A DNA stretch of 64,000 bases from Gammaproteobacteria bacterium. GTDB taxonomy: Bacteria > Pseudomonadota > Gammaproteobacteria > CBDBNL01 > JAAOII01. Location: positions 2,114,279 to 2,178,278 of the forward strand of contig OZ242372.1 in the NCBI GenBank assembly GCA_965209035.1, written 5' to 3'. The position numbers and the translations under genes were made by a program. This document shows, piece by piece, positions 29,164 through 40,395 of this stretch (within the stretch, counting starts at the first letter, position 1; the number at the start of each line of letters is the position of its first letter). The notes beneath the pieces are model-generated. The model was not told the DNA's origin. It worked only from the letters and a program-made list of their open reading frames with translations, and did not search any database.

Positions 29164-31167
29164 ATGACCGCCGTGCGAAAACCATTAAAACTCGGGGTCT
29201 GCTATTATCCCGAGCATTGGGATAAAACCCTGTGGAAAGAGGATCTGGCGCGCATGCGGCAGATCGGTATTGAGTATGTTCGCCTTGCCGAGTTTGCCTG
29301 GACTTTGATGGAACCGAGTCCGAACCGCTACGATTTTTCTTGGCTGGATGAGGTTTTGGACCTGATCGAAAAGGCGGGTTTGAAAGCAATTCTCTGCACG
29401 CCTACAGCCACTCCGCCTGTCTGGCTGACAAAAAAAGAACCCGGAATTCTGCCCTATGACGAAGAGGGACGCAGACGCAATTTTGGTTCGCGTCGCCACT
29501 ATACTTTTTCCTCGCCGGCATACTTGGACCATTCCCGTGAAATCGCCGGCGAGATGGCAAGGCGTTACGGCAAGCACCCGGTTGTGGCGGCATGGCAAAC
29601 GGATAACGAACATGGTTGTCATGAAAGCGTCCGCAGTTACGGTCCCGAAGATCTAAGGGCTTTTCGCGGGTTCCTTGCCGCCAAATACGGCGATATTCAA
29701 ACTCTTAATCGTGCCTGGGGGAATGTGTTTTGGAATCAGACTTACGACAATTTTGAGCAGATACTTCTTCCAAACAGAACAGTCACTCAAGCCAACCCAA
29801 GCCATTGGTTGGATTTTTATCGTTTTTCTTCTTCGCAGGTGGTGGCATTCAACACCGCCCAAGTACGGATTCTGCGCGAGCACATCGAAGATGTCCCGAT
29901 TACCCATAACATGATGGGCTTTTCCAACGAGTTTGATCATTATTCTGTTGGCGAGGACCTGGACATCGCTTCCTGGGACAACTATCCTCTCGGCTATTTG
30001 GAAGACATGTATTGGGATGATGAAGATAAGCACCGTTACTCTTGTACGGGGCATCCGGACATTTCGGCATTCTTTCACGATCTCTATCGTTTTGTGGGAA
30101 GGGGTAATCTGTGGGTGATGGAACAGCAACCCGGACCGGTGAATTGGGCGGCGCACAACCCGGCGCCTCTTGCCGGCATGGTTCGCTTTTGGACCTGGCA
30201 AGCATTTGCCCATGGTGCCGACATGGTGAGTTACTTTCGTTGGCGTCAGGTTCCCTTTGGTTCGGAACAAATGCACACGGCATTGCTACTGCCAAACTCG
30301 GAACCGGCTCCCGCCTATGCCGAAGTGGCGCGCATAGCCGAGGAAAAGAAAAGATTACCGAGTTTGCAGCCCAGCCCCGCTAAGGTGGCTTTGCTGTTTG
30401 ATTATGAGGCAGCCTGGATCACCGAGTTGGAAGCACAGTCCGCCAATTACCGATATTTGGAGCAGGTTCTCAACTGGTATGGCGCTGTTCGCCGCTATGG
30501 TCTTAATGCGGATGTGGTATCACCGACGGCTCCTTTGGAGTCCTATGCTCTGGTTCTTGTCCCGTGCCTGCCGGTCATTCCGGCAACACTAACGGATAAG
30601 TTGCAAAGGAGTGAGGCGTATTTTTTGTGGGGCCCGCGCTCCGGCGGGAAAACCGAGAACTTTCACATTCCGACTGAGTTGCCACCGGGCAATTTACAGA
30701 AGTTGGTGCCTTTGAAAGTGGAAACTGTTTCCACATTACGCGGCCGGTTGACAACTCCCGCTGCCGCAGATGCCATGTACTGTTTGAGCGGCGATGGTGT
30801 TTTCGGCCCTTGGACAGGAGGCATCTGGCACGAACGCGTGCGGACCGACTTAAAACCCTTGGCACAAACCGGTGCCGGTGCCGGTATTCTCTATGCAAAC
30901 CGCAAGCATCATTATCTGTGTTCCTGCTTGGACGCGGCGAGTATCCGCAAACTGATTGGTTACCTGCTAAACAAGGCGGGGGTTCCGGTCACCGAATTGC
31001 CGCCGGGAGTGCGTCTTTGCCGGACACAAGAGGCGGATTTTTATTTTAACTTTGGGCGGGATGATTATTCGCTGCCAAAGAACGGCGAGCATCTCTTGGC
31101 GGAAACCGGAAAACCGGGGCGGGAAAAAATTGCCGGCGGCGAATATGCGGCTTTAAAAAGAGACTAA
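29164..31167 (+). CDS. beta-galactosidase, GH42 family
   Basis: LGVCYYPEHW, AEFAW..MEP, TPTATPP.W, WQTDNE, SWDNYP, VMEQQPG.VNW, YFRWR..EQMH; start placed at ATG 29164. Confidence 0.95.
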   Translation: MTAVRKPLKLGVCYYPEHWDKTLWKEDLARMRQIGIEYVRLAEFAWTLMEPSPNRYDFSWLDEVLDLIEKAGLKAILCTPTATPPVWLTKKEPGILPYDEEGRRRNFGSRRHYTFSSPAYLDHSREIAGEMARRYGKHPVVAAWQTDNEHGCHESVRSYGPEDLRAFRGFLAAKYGDIQTLNRAWGNVFWNQTYDNFEQILLPNRTVTQANPSHWLDFYRFSSSQVVAFNTAQVRILREHIEDVPITHNMMGFSNEFDHYSVGEDLDIASWDNYPLGYLEDMYWDDEDKHRYSCTGHPDISAFFHDLYRFVGRGNLWVMEQQPGPVNWAAHNPAPLAGMVRFWTWQAFAHGADMVSYFRWRQVPFGSEQMHTALLLPNSEPAPAYAEVARIAEEKKRLPSLQPSPAKVALLFDYEAAWITELEAQSANYRYLEQVLNWYGAVRRYGLNADVVSPTAPLESYALVLVPCLPVIPATLTDKLQRSEAYFLWGPRSGGKTENFHIPTELPPGNLQKLVPLKVETVSTLRGRLTTPAAADAMYCLSGDGVFGPWTGGIWHERVRTDLKPLAQTGAGAGILYANRKHHYLCSCLDAASIRKLIGYLLNKAGVPVTELPPGVRLCRTQEADFYFNFGRDDYSLPKNGEHLLAETGKPGREKIAGGEYAALKRD

Positions 31168-31334
31168 AACGAGACTAGAACGAGGCTAGAACTGACCCGG
31201 AATTCGGACATCCGTGATTCGTGTCACCCCGACCCCGGACTTTTCGGTTTCTTATCCTTTAATTTTTTATATTTTTTAGATGCCTCTGCGGGTTCTTTTC
31301 ATTTATTCCAATACCCTTAATTCTCTTAATCCCC

Positions 31335-32372
31335 TTAATGCCCCCTAATGCGCTCCGCCGCAAGTTCCGGAGTGAGATCGCGTTGGGCTTCGGCAAGCAT
31401 CTCGAATCCGGCACGATGCTTGCGAACTTCCGCAGACCTCAATAGGGGCGGGTAAAAATGCGCATGCAGCCGACGATGCCCGGTTGCCGGCGGCGTCCCC
31501 GATACTTCGCCGTGCCATCCCATCACATACGGAAAATTCGTATCAAACAACCTGTCGTACTTCGTGCACAAGGTCTTGAGCACCTCGGCAAGAGCGGCAC
31601 GTTCGGCCGCATCCGTTTGGACTAAGCTGCCAATGTTTCTCTTGGGTAACACCAAAGTTTCAAACGGCCAGTACGCCCAATAAGGAACCACAACCGTCCA
31701 ATGTGCGTTGGACAACACAAATCGGTTGTCGCCTCTTCGTTTTGCCGCTTCCTCGCTTGCCAGATAATCGCCGAGCAGGTCCGAACCGTGTTTCTTAAAG
31801 TACCGATCCTGTTGCAAATGCTCGCGGGCAATCTCACTCGGGATATAATCGCAAGCCCATATCTGTCCGTGCGGATGCGGGTTGGAACAGCCGACCATGT
31901 CGCCTCTGTTTTCAAAAATTTGCACATATCGGTACTTTTCTCCCAATTCAGCAACCTGTTCCGCCCAAGTGTTGATGATTGTTTGAATGGCCGGCAAAGA
32001 CATGCGGGCAAGTGTCAAATCATGCCGCGGACTATAACAAAGTACCTTGCAAACACCCGCAACATCTTCTTGTCTTAGCAATTCGCTTGCACTCTCATTG
32101 TTCCCCGTCCTCTCCCGACGATGCGGAACAATTGCCGGAAAATCATTTACAAACAGATAAACGGATTGATATTTCGGATTGACCCGATCACCCGCCCGGC
32201 GATTGCCGGGGCAGAGGTAGCATTCGCGGCTGTATTCCGGGATAGCGTTATTTTTTGCGGGCACCTGTTCTCCCAGCCAAGGACGGAGCAACCTATGCGC
32301 GGAAACAACCACCCATTCTCCTGTCAGAGGGTTATATCGTCTGTGCGGCAAGCTATCGGCTGCCTTGTTCAC
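31335..32372 (-). CDS. galT: UDP-glucose--hexose-1-phosphate uridylyltransferase
   Basis: HRRYNPLTGEW, RPW, CYLCPGN, FENRG..GCSNPHPHGQIW, HAHFYPPLLRS, QRDLTPE. Confidence 0.97.
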   Translation of the reverse strand: MNKAADSLPHRRYNPLTGEWVVVSAHRLLRPWLGEQVPAKNNAIPEYSRECYLCPGNRRAGDRVNPKYQSVYLFVNDFPAIVPHRRERTGNNESASELLRQEDVAGVCKVLCYSPRHDLTLARMSLPAIQTIINTWAEQVAELGEKYRYVQIFENRGDMVGCSNPHPHGQIWACDYIPSEIAREHLQQDRYFKKHGSDLLGDYLASEEAAKRRGDNRFVLSNAHWTVVVPYWAYWPFETLVLPKRNIGSLVQTDAAERAALAEVLKTLCTKYDRLFDTNFPYVMGWHGEVSGTPPATGHRRLHAHFYPPLLRSAEVRKHRAGFEMLAEAQRDLTPELAAERIRGH

Positions 32373-33685
32373 AGCAGTTCTCGCGCCCCCGCGGAGAATT
32401 CGGCAACGAAGCAGGAAACATCCGTCCCCGTCTTTTTTTTGTACACCCCGGCAATGTAATTGCGGTAGTCTTCCAAGGCATTCTTCTCAACCAGACACAA
32501 AGCACAGCCGGAAAAACCCGCCCCGGTCATGCGCGCACCCAACACACCGGGATGTTTCAGGCTGTCATATGCCAAGATGTTTAAAATTTCTCCGCTGACC
32601 TCGTAATCTTTGTCCAACGAAATATGGCTTTCGGTTAATATTTTGCCGATCTGCGCGGTATCTCCCGTTACCAAGGCATCCCGGAAGTCACGCACCCGCA
32701 AGTTTTCCGAGATGATATGTCGCGCCCGCCGTTTGAGGACACTCTTACTCCATTTTGTTTCCGCCTCACTTTCTTCTATGCATTGCAGAGCATCGTCTAG
32801 TTCTTCTTTTGTAATTTCACAAAGATGGTTTAAGCCCGGCCTGTTTGTTTGCAGAATATTCAAAATCGCATCCGCCTGTGCTTTGCGCTCGTTGTACTTG
32901 GAATCTTTAAGGCTGCGCGGTTTGCCGCTATCCGGTATTAAGAACACGCAATCTCCGGTGTTCGGATTCACATACTCGCATGCGAGATTCGTACAATTTA
33001 AATGTAACACCTTTCCTTCTCGCCCCATCATAATAGTGGCTTGATCCATGATGCCGCATTGTAGACCGTTAAAATCGGACTCCGCCCGTTGGCACAGAAG
33101 AGCAATTTCGGCCGGACTCAATAAGGTTTTCAAAGAGTCATTTATTTTTTTGGAGTTTTTTGAGGGGTCTTTGGGTTTTTGGGGGAGGATTAAGGACAGG
33201 GTTGCTATGGCGGTGCCAACCAAAAAGGAAGCGGAACTGGACAGTGCCGAACCTATGGGAAGGTCACCGACACACAGGATATCCGCTCCCGGAATCCGAA
33301 GTGACAACTTGTGATACTCGCTCAAAATCCCCTTCGGGTAGTTTAGCCAGCCATCCGCTTCGTTGTATTGAATGTTCTTGAGTGAAAACTCTCTTGTTTC
33401 GCCAAAGTTGATGGAATGGATGCGCATTTTGTCAGTGTGGTTGGCGCGAATGGCAAAGTAGGTCCCCTGTTTGATCGCTGCGGGCAAAACCATTCCGCCG
33501 CAATAATCAATATGATCTCCCATCAAGTTAATGCGTCCCGGAGCAAAGAAAAATCGCAGGTCGCCTGTGTCTCGCACGGAAAAAATGCGGCAAAAGTCTT
33601 GTGCCAGTTGTTCTTTTTTTCCGGTCATCCGGTTGTCAATATCGGCGGTTTGTTGTTTCGCAGTTTGCTGTTTCATAGCTGACAA
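32369..33685 (-). CDS. galK: galactokinase
   Basis: APGRINLMGDHIDY, LSSSAS, CGIMDQ, YNERK, GARMTGAGFSGC. Confidence 0.93.
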   Translation of the reverse strand: MSAMKQQTAKQQTADIDNRMTGKKEQLAQDFCRIFSVRDTGDLRFFFAPGRINLMGDHIDYCGGMVLPAAIKQGTYFAIRANHTDKMRIHSINFGETREFSLKNIQYNEADGWLNYPKGILSEYHKLSLRIPGADILCVGDLPIGSALSSSASFLVGTAIATLSLILPQKPKDPSKNSKKINDSLKTLLSPAEIALLCQRAESDFNGLQCGIMDQATIMMGREGKVLHLNCTNLACEYVNPNTGDCVFLIPDSGKPRSLKDSKYNERKAQADAILNILQTNRPGLNHLCEITKEELDDALQCIEESEAETKWSKSVLKRRARHIISENLRVRDFRDALVTGDTAQIGKILTESHISLDKDYEVSGEILNILAYDSLKHPGVLGARMTGAGFSGCALCLVEKNALEDYRNYIAGVYKKKTGTDVSCFVAEFSAGARELL

Positions 33686-33894
33686 AATGATGATTTATTT
33701 TTCATTTATTTTTAAGGAGAGTAAGGTTTTTTGTATTAATATTATGAGTTTTATAATAACACAGAACCGATTTAAATATGGAAGGAATGTGGGAAGTAAT
33801 GAAACGAAATGTTGAATTGTAAACGGGTAATCGGTAGGCTAAAACTTCTCTTATATGTTTACAAATATCGGGTAACCCTTGTAAAATATCAATT

Positions 33895-36567
33895 GTGAGT
33901 AATGCAGATATACGTCATCACGCCGGAATTGGAATTTGGAGTGGGATGATACGAGTTATGTGCCGTGCTGCCGAAAGCAGAAGTATGGTTCTATTATCGG
34001 CAATCGCCCTGTCGGCCGTCCTACTCGCCGCCTGTGGTGGTAACGGCAATGGTAACGGCACTCCGGCGGGGGACGCGGATAGGGATGGGATTGCGGATGC
34101 GGTGGATAACTGCCGCTTGGTTGCCAATGCGGGCCAAACCAATACGGACAATGCCACTGATGGTGGCGATGCCTGTGACCCGGACGATGACAATGATGGC
34201 TTTCCTGACATAGCAAATGCAACCACAGCCGCGGATAACTGCCGCTTGGTTGCCAATGCGGACCAAATCAATACGGACAATGCTCCTGACGGTGGCGATG
34301 CCTGTGACCCGGACGATGACAATGATGGCTTTCCTGACATAGCAAATGCAACCACAGCCGCGGATAACTGCCGCTTGGTTGCCAATGCGGACCAAATCAA
34401 TACGGACAATGCTCCTGACGGTGGCGATGCCTGTGACCCGGATGATGACAATGACGGCAAAGAGGACACGGATGTAACAGAGACCTGTGCGCGCGGCGAT
34501 ACCGACTGGATATCCAATCGGACGACAGACAATGATGATGACGGCTGTCGCGATGACGGTGAGGATATCGACGATGATAACGACGATGTGCCGGATTTTT
34601 CAGACAATTGTTTGTATTTTGAAAATCCGGAGCAAGATGACAAGGATGCGGACGGTGTCGGTGATGCCTGTGATCTGCGGCGATTTAACATTAACACAAC
34701 AACCTTTTTGCCGGAGGAAGGGTTCATCATCAATGGCAGTAAGGTTGAACTACATCCGTTTGCTGTCTCGCTTGGAGAAACCATTACTCCCGGCGAGGAT
34801 TTGGGAAGTAGCATCGCCTCGCTGGGCGATGTCAACGGCGATGGGCGGAACGACTTTGCCATAGGCGCGCCCGCTTCCCAACAAGGACTCGGTGTTGCCA
34901 TCGCGCAAGACAGAGGCGAGGTATCTGTTTTGTTCGGGCGAGATGACGATGCATACGGCACGCCGGATCCTCAAACAGGGGTGCGGGTGATCAACAGCAA
35001 CAGCCTTGCGCCGGATGCGGGGGTGGTCTTTTTGGGGGTCGCTAATGGTGATCAGCTGGGCGGTCCGGTTGGGCGGTCCATTGCCGGGGTCGGTGATATT
35101 AACGGTGACAATGTCAGTGATTTTGTCATGGGTGCTCGGCAAGCCGATACAAATGGAGATAAAGCCGGTGATGCCTATGTCGTTTACGGAAATAGCGATG
35201 GAGATTTCGGCGGCACGGACACGGACAGTGCCGGTGGCCGTCACGAGGTGCCCTTGGCAGACCTGAATCAATCGCGGGGGTTCACAATCCATGGCGGTTT
35301 CTCATCGAGCACCGGCGACCGGTTTGGGGATGCATCGGCGGGCATTGGCGATATCAACGGCGACGGTGTCCCGGATTTTGCGATCTCCGCACCGACAGGC
35401 GCGAATGATCATCTTGTTGATCCGAACGCAGCCCAGCCCAGTACGGGTGAATTGTATGTGATCTACGGGCGTAAGGACGGCAACTATGGCCCCTTGAACG
35501 GAAATCGTCGCGATTGGCAAGCGGCCGATTTTAATCGCTCGCACGGGTTTATTGTTCAAGGGGATCTATACAACCAAGCAAGTTTGCCGGTGGGAGAACG
35601 CTTGGGAGTATTTGTCTCCGGTCTGGGCGATATCAACGGCGATGGCGTTGCCGATTTTGCCGTAAGTGCCGGCACTGATGATGTGACCAATGATGTTAGA
35701 CCTACCCGGGTATATGTGATTTACGGACGCAAGGACAACAATTACGGTATCTTGGTGAATAACACGGCAACGGGCAAAGAGGTCCGCGTTTTGCGGACAA
35801 GTATATTTCCCGAGTCCGCAGGGTTCGTCATTCATTCAGCCGAAGACGGCAGTGAACTGGGGGAAGCCATCACAGACCTCGGCGACATTAACGGCGACGG
35901 TATGGACGACTTTGCCGTATCGGCCGACTTTGCCCGTTACGACACAAGCGCAGTGAATGTCTCGGGCGAAGGCCTGTTGTATGTGATCTATGGCAAGCGC
36001 AAACACGGCAGCCGAACGCAACGAAAAGGCGTCAATCGTTCGGTCCTGGAATTGACAAGATTTGAGCCGACAGCCGGTTTTATTGTGCGCGGAGAAGAAG
36101 GGGGTGATCTCTTGTCTACCAAAGTCGATGAGAGAGCAGGTGATCGCTTGGGTATCTCGGTTGCCAATCTCGGCGATATTAATGGCGATGGCATAAACGA
36201 TTTTGCCACGGGCGCGCACCGATACGGGAACAAACAAGGCCGTTTGTATGTGATTTACGGTCGGCGGGATACGCAATATGGTGTGTTGGATACGCGGACC
36301 AACCGACGGCTGTTGGATCTGCGACATTTTAATGCGGACCAAGGGTTTTTCATGTCAACTCCGACCAGTTTTGTGTTCTCAGGGCATAGGAGGGAAACAG
36401 TAACGGTGCCAAATTTCCTTGGGTATGCGGTTGCGGGTCTCGGCGATATCAACGGCGACGGGGTTCGGGATCTTGCCGTGGGTGCTCCGGAGAATGGCAG
36501 CAACAAGGTGTATGTGATTTACGGTCGTCGCGACACAGCCGGCAAACGACTGCGACCGCGGCGATAA
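33895..36567 (+). CDS. lipoprotein with thrombospondin type-3 repeats and FG-GAP (integrin-alpha-like) beta-propeller
   Basis: Lipobox LLAA-C; DNC...NADQ..TD...[12 protein letters not shown] repeats; seven GD(I/V)NGD..D motifs with (V/L)YV(I/V)YG; start may be a downstream ATG. Confidence 0.88.
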   Translation: MSNADIRHHAGIGIWSGMIRVMCRAAESRSMVLLSAIALSAVLLAACGGNGNGNGTPAGDADRDGIADAVDNCRLVANAGQTNTDNATDGGDACDPDDDNDGFPDIANATTAADNCRLVANADQINTDNAPDGGDACDPDDDNDGFPDIANATTAADNCRLVANADQINTDNAPDGGDACDPDDDNDGKEDTDVTETCARGDTDWISNRTTDNDDDGCRDDGEDIDDDNDDVPDFSDNCLYFENPEQDDKDADGVGDACDLRRFNINTTTFLPEEGFIINGSKVELHPFAVSLGETITPGEDLGSSIASLGDVNGDGRNDFAIGAPASQQGLGVAIAQDRGEVSVLFGRDDDAYGTPDPQTGVRVINSNSLAPDAGVVFLGVANGDQLGGPVGRSIAGVGDINGDNVSDFVMGARQADTNGDKAGDAYVVYGNSDGDFGGTDTDSAGGRHEVPLADLNQSRGFTIHGGFSSSTGDRFGDASAGIGDINGDGVPDFAISAPTGANDHLVDPNAAQPSTGELYVIYGRKDGNYGPLNGNRRDWQAADFNRSHGFIVQGDLYNQASLPVGERLGVFVSGLGDINGDGVADFAVSAGTDDVTNDVRPTRVYVIYGRKDNNYGILVNNTATGKEVRVLRTSIFPESAGFVIHSAEDGSELGEAITDLGDINGDGMDDFAVSADFARYDTSAVNVSGEGLLYVIYGKRKHGSRTQRKGVNRSVLELTRFEPTAGFIVRGEEGGDLLSTKVDERAGDRLGISVANLGDINGDGINDFATGAHRYGNKQGRLYVIYGRRDTQYGVLDTRTNRRLLDLRHFNADQGFFMSTPTSFVFSGHRRETVTVPNFLGYAVAGLGDINGDGVRDLAVGAPENGSNKVYVIYGRRDTAGKRLRPRR
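34104..34458 (+). repeat. 129-bp (43-codon) near-perfect tandem repeat, about 2.7 copies
   Basis: ggataactgccgcttggttgccaatgcgg starts at 34104, 34233 and 34362. Confidence 0.95.
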
Positions 36568-36687
36568 AAGACAGATAGCCAAATACTTGAATTTCGTCCG
36601 TTTTGCCTTATAGTATTTTAGATATACCATAAAAACAGAAAACAGGGTATTGGATATTATATTAATTAAAGAGCTAAGTTTACATTT

Positions 36688-37551
36688 ATGAGACGCGTTG
36701 CATTATTTGTTTTGACGAACCTGGCAGTTATGTTTGTCTTGTTCGCCGTGATCCGCATTCTGGGTGCGGACAATTATTTAACCCAAAACCAAACCGGCAT
36801 CGGCATTGATTATCGGGCACTTTTAATCTTTTGCGGGATTTTTGGCATGGGCGGGGCTTTTATTTCCCTGTTGTTGTCCAAGGTGATGGCGAAGACCCTG
36901 ATGAGAGTGCAAATGGTCAAAGATGGCGAGTTGCACAATATGGTGAGGGACCTTGCCAAACAAGCGGGACTGGGCATGCCCGATGTGGGTGTTTTCCCTT
37001 CCGTGCAACCGAATGCTTTTGCCACGGGCTGGAATCGCAATCGTGCGCTTGTGGCGGTTAGCCAAGGGATGCTGCAAAAATTTTCCAAGCGCGAACTGCG
37101 CGCTGTTTTGGCGCACGAGATCGGGCATATCGCCAACGGCGATATGGTCACTCTGACCCTAATACAGGGTGTGTTGAATGTGTTTGTAATGTTTGCCGCC
37201 CGAGTTGTGGGGTTAGTGATTGACCGGGTTGTTTTTCGCCGGGACAGTATCGGCATCGGTTATTTCTTTACGGTGATTGTTTGTGAAATATTCTTTGCCA
37301 TCCTGGCTTCGGTGATCGTGTTTTGGTTTTCACGGCTGCGCGAATACAAGGCGGATGCCTATGCGGCGCGCCACACCAGCAAGGAGGATATGATCGCCGC
37401 TTTGGAACGGTTGCGTGTGATCAGCGGCAAAAGCGAACTGCATGACAGTCTTCTGGCTTTTGGAATTCGCGGCAATTTCTCCCGTTTTGGCGCTCTGTTT
37501 GCCAGCCACCCGCCGTTGGAAAAGCGTATCCGAGCCCTGCGGGAATTGTAA
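36688..37551 (+). CDS. htpX: protease HtpX
   Basis: LFVLTNLAV, PNAFATG, VLAHEIGH.ANGDMVT, FSRLREY.AD, SHPPLEKRI. Confidence 0.96.
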   Translation: MRRVALFVLTNLAVMFVLFAVIRILGADNYLTQNQTGIGIDYRALLIFCGIFGMGGAFISLLLSKVMAKTLMRVQMVKDGELHNMVRDLAKQAGLGMPDVGVFPSVQPNAFATGWNRNRALVAVSQGMLQKFSKRELRAVLAHEIGHIANGDMVTLTLIQGVLNVFVMFAARVVGLVIDRVVFRRDSIGIGYFFTVIVCEIFFAILASVIVFWFSRLREYKADAYAARHTSKEDMIAALERLRVISGKSELHDSLLAFGIRGNFSRFGALFASHPPLEKRIRALREL

Positions 37552-37613
37552 ATCCCCGACAGGTATTTTTGACCCGTAACCCGGCGGACGGGGTCTCCCG
37601 TTACCGATAAAAA

Positions 37614-38441
37614 TTGAACCAACACGAACCGCCCGCGGGTCTGTGCGCATCTTTGCGGGATACAAAAATCATATTAGTGCGTCCTCTTTACGGCGGGAAC
37701 ATCGGCTCGGCTGTCAGAGCGCTTGCCACTATGGGATTTCGCAGGTTGTGTTTGGTGGACCCCAAAAATTATCCTTCCCGGGAATCGCATATGTTTTCCG
37801 CGGGGGCAAGAGATTTGTTGGAAAAAACAGAAGTATATGCTACTTTGGATCAGGCGCTTGCGGATTGCGATTTGGCGGTGGGGACCAGCGCGCGCAGCCG
37901 CAGATTGTCGCCCGGAACCTATGGCTTGCCGGAAGGAGCAAAGAAGATCGCCGATTATGCGGGCGAAAGCAAGATACGCCTTGCGATTCTGTTCGGCAGC
38001 GAAGACCGGGGGCTGGAAAACAGCGTGCTGGACAGATGCCGTATGCACTTGGTCATTGATACGGATTCGGAGTACCAGACACTTAATCTTGCCGCCGCGG
38101 TTCAGATTGTTTGTTATGAATTGCGTAGAATTGCCCAGGCAGAGACCGCACTGCCGAGACGATACGGCAATCCGAAGCGGGACCGACCGGCGGCCGATGA
38201 TGCAAGAATGGAGGGATTTTACAAGCATTTGGAAGAGCATCTGCGCCGGATTCGTTTTTTTAATCCGCAACAACCGGCTACCGTGATGCGCAAAATGCGC
38301 TTGATCTTTGGCAGGGCGGAATTGCGTGTCAATGAGGTGGAAATGCTGCGCGGTATGTTTACAAACAGTATGCGTTTTGCGGGAAGAGAGAAACAAGAGC
38401 CGGCTGCTGTTGAAGATACGCCGATGCCTGTTCGGAAGTAA
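37614..38441 (+). CDS. trmJ: tRNA (cytidine/uridine-2'-O)-methyltransferase TrmJ
   Basis: [42 protein letters not shown]...LRG. Confidence 0.9.
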   Translation: MNQHEPPAGLCASLRDTKIILVRPLYGGNIGSAVRALATMGFRRLCLVDPKNYPSRESHMFSAGARDLLEKTEVYATLDQALADCDLAVGTSARSRRLSPGTYGLPEGAKKIADYAGESKIRLAILFGSEDRGLENSVLDRCRMHLVIDTDSEYQTLNLAAAVQIVCYELRRIAQAETALPRRYGNPKRDRPAADDARMEGFYKHLEEHLRRIRFFNPQQPATVMRKMRLIFGRAELRVNEVEMLRGMFTNSMRFAGREKQEPAAVEDTPMPVRK

Positions 38442-38451
38442 GAGAAGAACT

Positions 38452-38991
38452 GTGTCCCTGCTTGAAGATATAAAAACCTATCGCCGCAATGACCCGGCAT
38501 CTCGTCACTGGTTTGAAATTGTTACCTGTTATGCCGGTTTGCATGCCTTGTGGCTTCACAGATTAAGTCATTTTTTGTGGAATGCGCGGCTGAGATGGTT
38601 GGCGCGCTTCTTGTCACAGGTTTCCCGATTTTTAACGCAAATAGAGATTCATCCGGCGGTCCGAATCGGTAAACGGTTTTTTATAGATCACGGTTGCGGT
38701 ATTGTGATTGGCGAAACCGCCGAGATCGGAGATGATTGTATCCTTTACCAACAGGTGACGCTTGGTGGCAGTTCGCTGCGCAGAGGCACTAAGCGGCATC
38801 CCACCCTGGAAGATGGCGTGATGGTTGGGGCAGGGGCGAAGGTGCTGGGGCCTGTAACTTTGGGTGCCGGTTCTATGATTGGGGCAAATGCGGTGATCTT
38901 AAAAGATGTGCCGCCGGATTGCACCGCGGTGGGTGTGCCGGGCAGAATTGTCCGCAAAAAGGGAAAACGCGTGCGGAGGAAGCCGGGCTAA
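38452..38991 (+). CDS. cysE: serine O-acetyltransferase
   Basis: DPA, Y.GLHALW.HR, IEIHPA..IG.RFFIDHG.G.VIGETA, KRHPTL, VGVPGR; start placed at GTG 38452. Confidence 0.93.
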   Translation: MSLLEDIKTYRRNDPASRHWFEIVTCYAGLHALWLHRLSHFLWNARLRWLARFLSQVSRFLTQIEIHPAVRIGKRFFIDHGCGIVIGETAEIGDDCILYQQVTLGGSSLRRGTKRHPTLEDGVMVGAGAKVLGPVTLGAGSMIGANAVILKDVPPDCTAVGVPGRIVRKKGKRVRRKPG

Positions 38992-39037
38992 TTCTGCGAG
39001 GATGTGCGGGCAGATTCGCATCTTCCCGGTTCTCTTT

Positions 39038-40195
39038 TTACCTGCGATAGGCAATCACCAAATCCATTAAGTTGGTCCCCGTAGGGCCGGTTTCCAGGAT
39101 AGCATCGATTTTTTCCAATAATGCGGCACTGTTGGCATCTCGGATCGTTTTGGCGTAATCCAAACCCATTTTTTTAATGTTATCCATGGTTTTGTTAGTC
39201 ACAATCGCACCCGCATAGTTGGTATTGCCATCGGTTCCGTCGGTTCCGAGCGACGAGAAGACGGCCATGGAACTGTCCGCCAGTTCCTTTGCCATGAGAA
39301 GTGCCAGATGTTGATTTCGGCCGCCGCGTCCTTCTATCGGCGGCAGTTTGACGGTGGGTTCGCCCCCCCAAATATGCAGAAACCCGGGTGTTTCTTTTAT
39401 TTCTTTGGCAATATGTTGGGCTGTTTTTTCGACGCTTTGGTTTAAGAAAAAGTCGTGACAGCGAACCGAGTAGTTTTTTTCGGCCGCGGCCGCTGCGGCA
39501 AACAGGCATCCCGTGTAGTTGTCGGCAAGGATTTTTTCTTGCAGGTCGGGATGCGGAATGGTACTGTCTGTCAGCATCCCGGATCCTATGATGGCCGTAT
39601 CGTTTCCTTCCACATCCGACAAGTATAATGCCAACACTTTTTTGTTGTTCAAGAGACGGGCAAGACCGCCGCCTTTAATTTTTGAATACTTTTTGCGCTG
39701 CCTATTGAGGGCTGCGACGGATTTCCCGCTTCCAATCAGTTGTCTATTAATAAGACGAATGGTCTCGTAATCGTATCCTTCCGCGGGAACTTCCGCCAGG
39801 CTGGAAGAACCGCCCGAAATCAGACACAGGATGGAATCTTCTTCGGTGTGATTACAAAATTTCAGTATTTCCAACCCCGCTTGTATGGAATATTCGTCCG
39901 GAATGGGGTGGCCGGCTTCCAGCACTCGCATATTGGAATGCTGATGCCGGAACTTGGCGGGAACATGGCCGTGTTTGGTAATGACCAAGCATTTTTCCGG
40001 TTTGTTGTGAAGGATAGCCCCCGCTGTCATAGCACAAGAAGCCTTGCCTATGGCAAGAACGGAGTAGGGCTGTTGCATTGGATTGAGAGACAAATAGGAT
40101 AGCGTCAATTCTTTGCCGTTGCTCTTAAACAAGCAATGACGCCATATGTCCTTGATGTCCTCAAGGAGTTCCGGCAGTGTTATTTTTTTACGCAT
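39038..40195 (-). CDS. glycerate kinase (DUF4147/MOFRL family)
   Basis: AIGKAS..M, EAGHPIPD, LISGGSSSL, IKGGGL, LSDV.G, GGEPTV, GRGGRNQ, GTDGTDG, TGTNLMD. Confidence 0.9.
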   Translation of the reverse strand: MRKKITLPELLEDIKDIWRHCLFKSNGKELTLSYLSLNPMQQPYSVLAIGKASCAMTAGAILHNKPEKCLVITKHGHVPAKFRHQHSNMRVLEAGHPIPDEYSIQAGLEILKFCNHTEEDSILCLISGGSSSLAEVPAEGYDYETIRLINRQLIGSGKSVAALNRQRKKYSKIKGGGLARLLNNKKVLALYLSDVEGNDTAIIGSGMLTDSTIPHPDLQEKILADNYTGCLFAAAAAAEKNYSVRCHDFFLNQSVEKTAQHIAKEIKETPGFLHIWGGEPTVKLPPIEGRGGRNQHLALLMAKELADSSMAVFSSLGTDGTDGNTNYAGAIVTNKTMDNIKKMGLDYAKTIRDANSAALLEKIDAILETGPTGTNLMDLVIAYRR

Positions 40196-40395
40196 TTATT
40201 TCTCGTGATTAATTCTTTATTCCCGTTGCTATTAGTTGTTATTATGGGTTATTTTAAGCCTCTATTTTTGTAGATTGTCTTATAATTATTGAATATGGTG
40301 TCTGTTTGCCCTGTTTTATGGCATAAAATAACGCTATTATTATTGAGTTTAAACTGAAATTAAATAACGAACATAAGCAATCTATTAATTAATTA

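Noticed and set aside
34104-34458. Regularly spaced repeats as a CRISPR array
   Set aside because: Contiguous 129-bp in-frame coding repeats with no unique spacers; no cas genes in the window.
33918-34961. Long antisense Ser-rich ORF (347 aa) and similar shadow ORFs opposite eno, GH42, trmJ and others
   Set aside because: Reverse-frame by-products of codon usage in real genes; no independent motifs.
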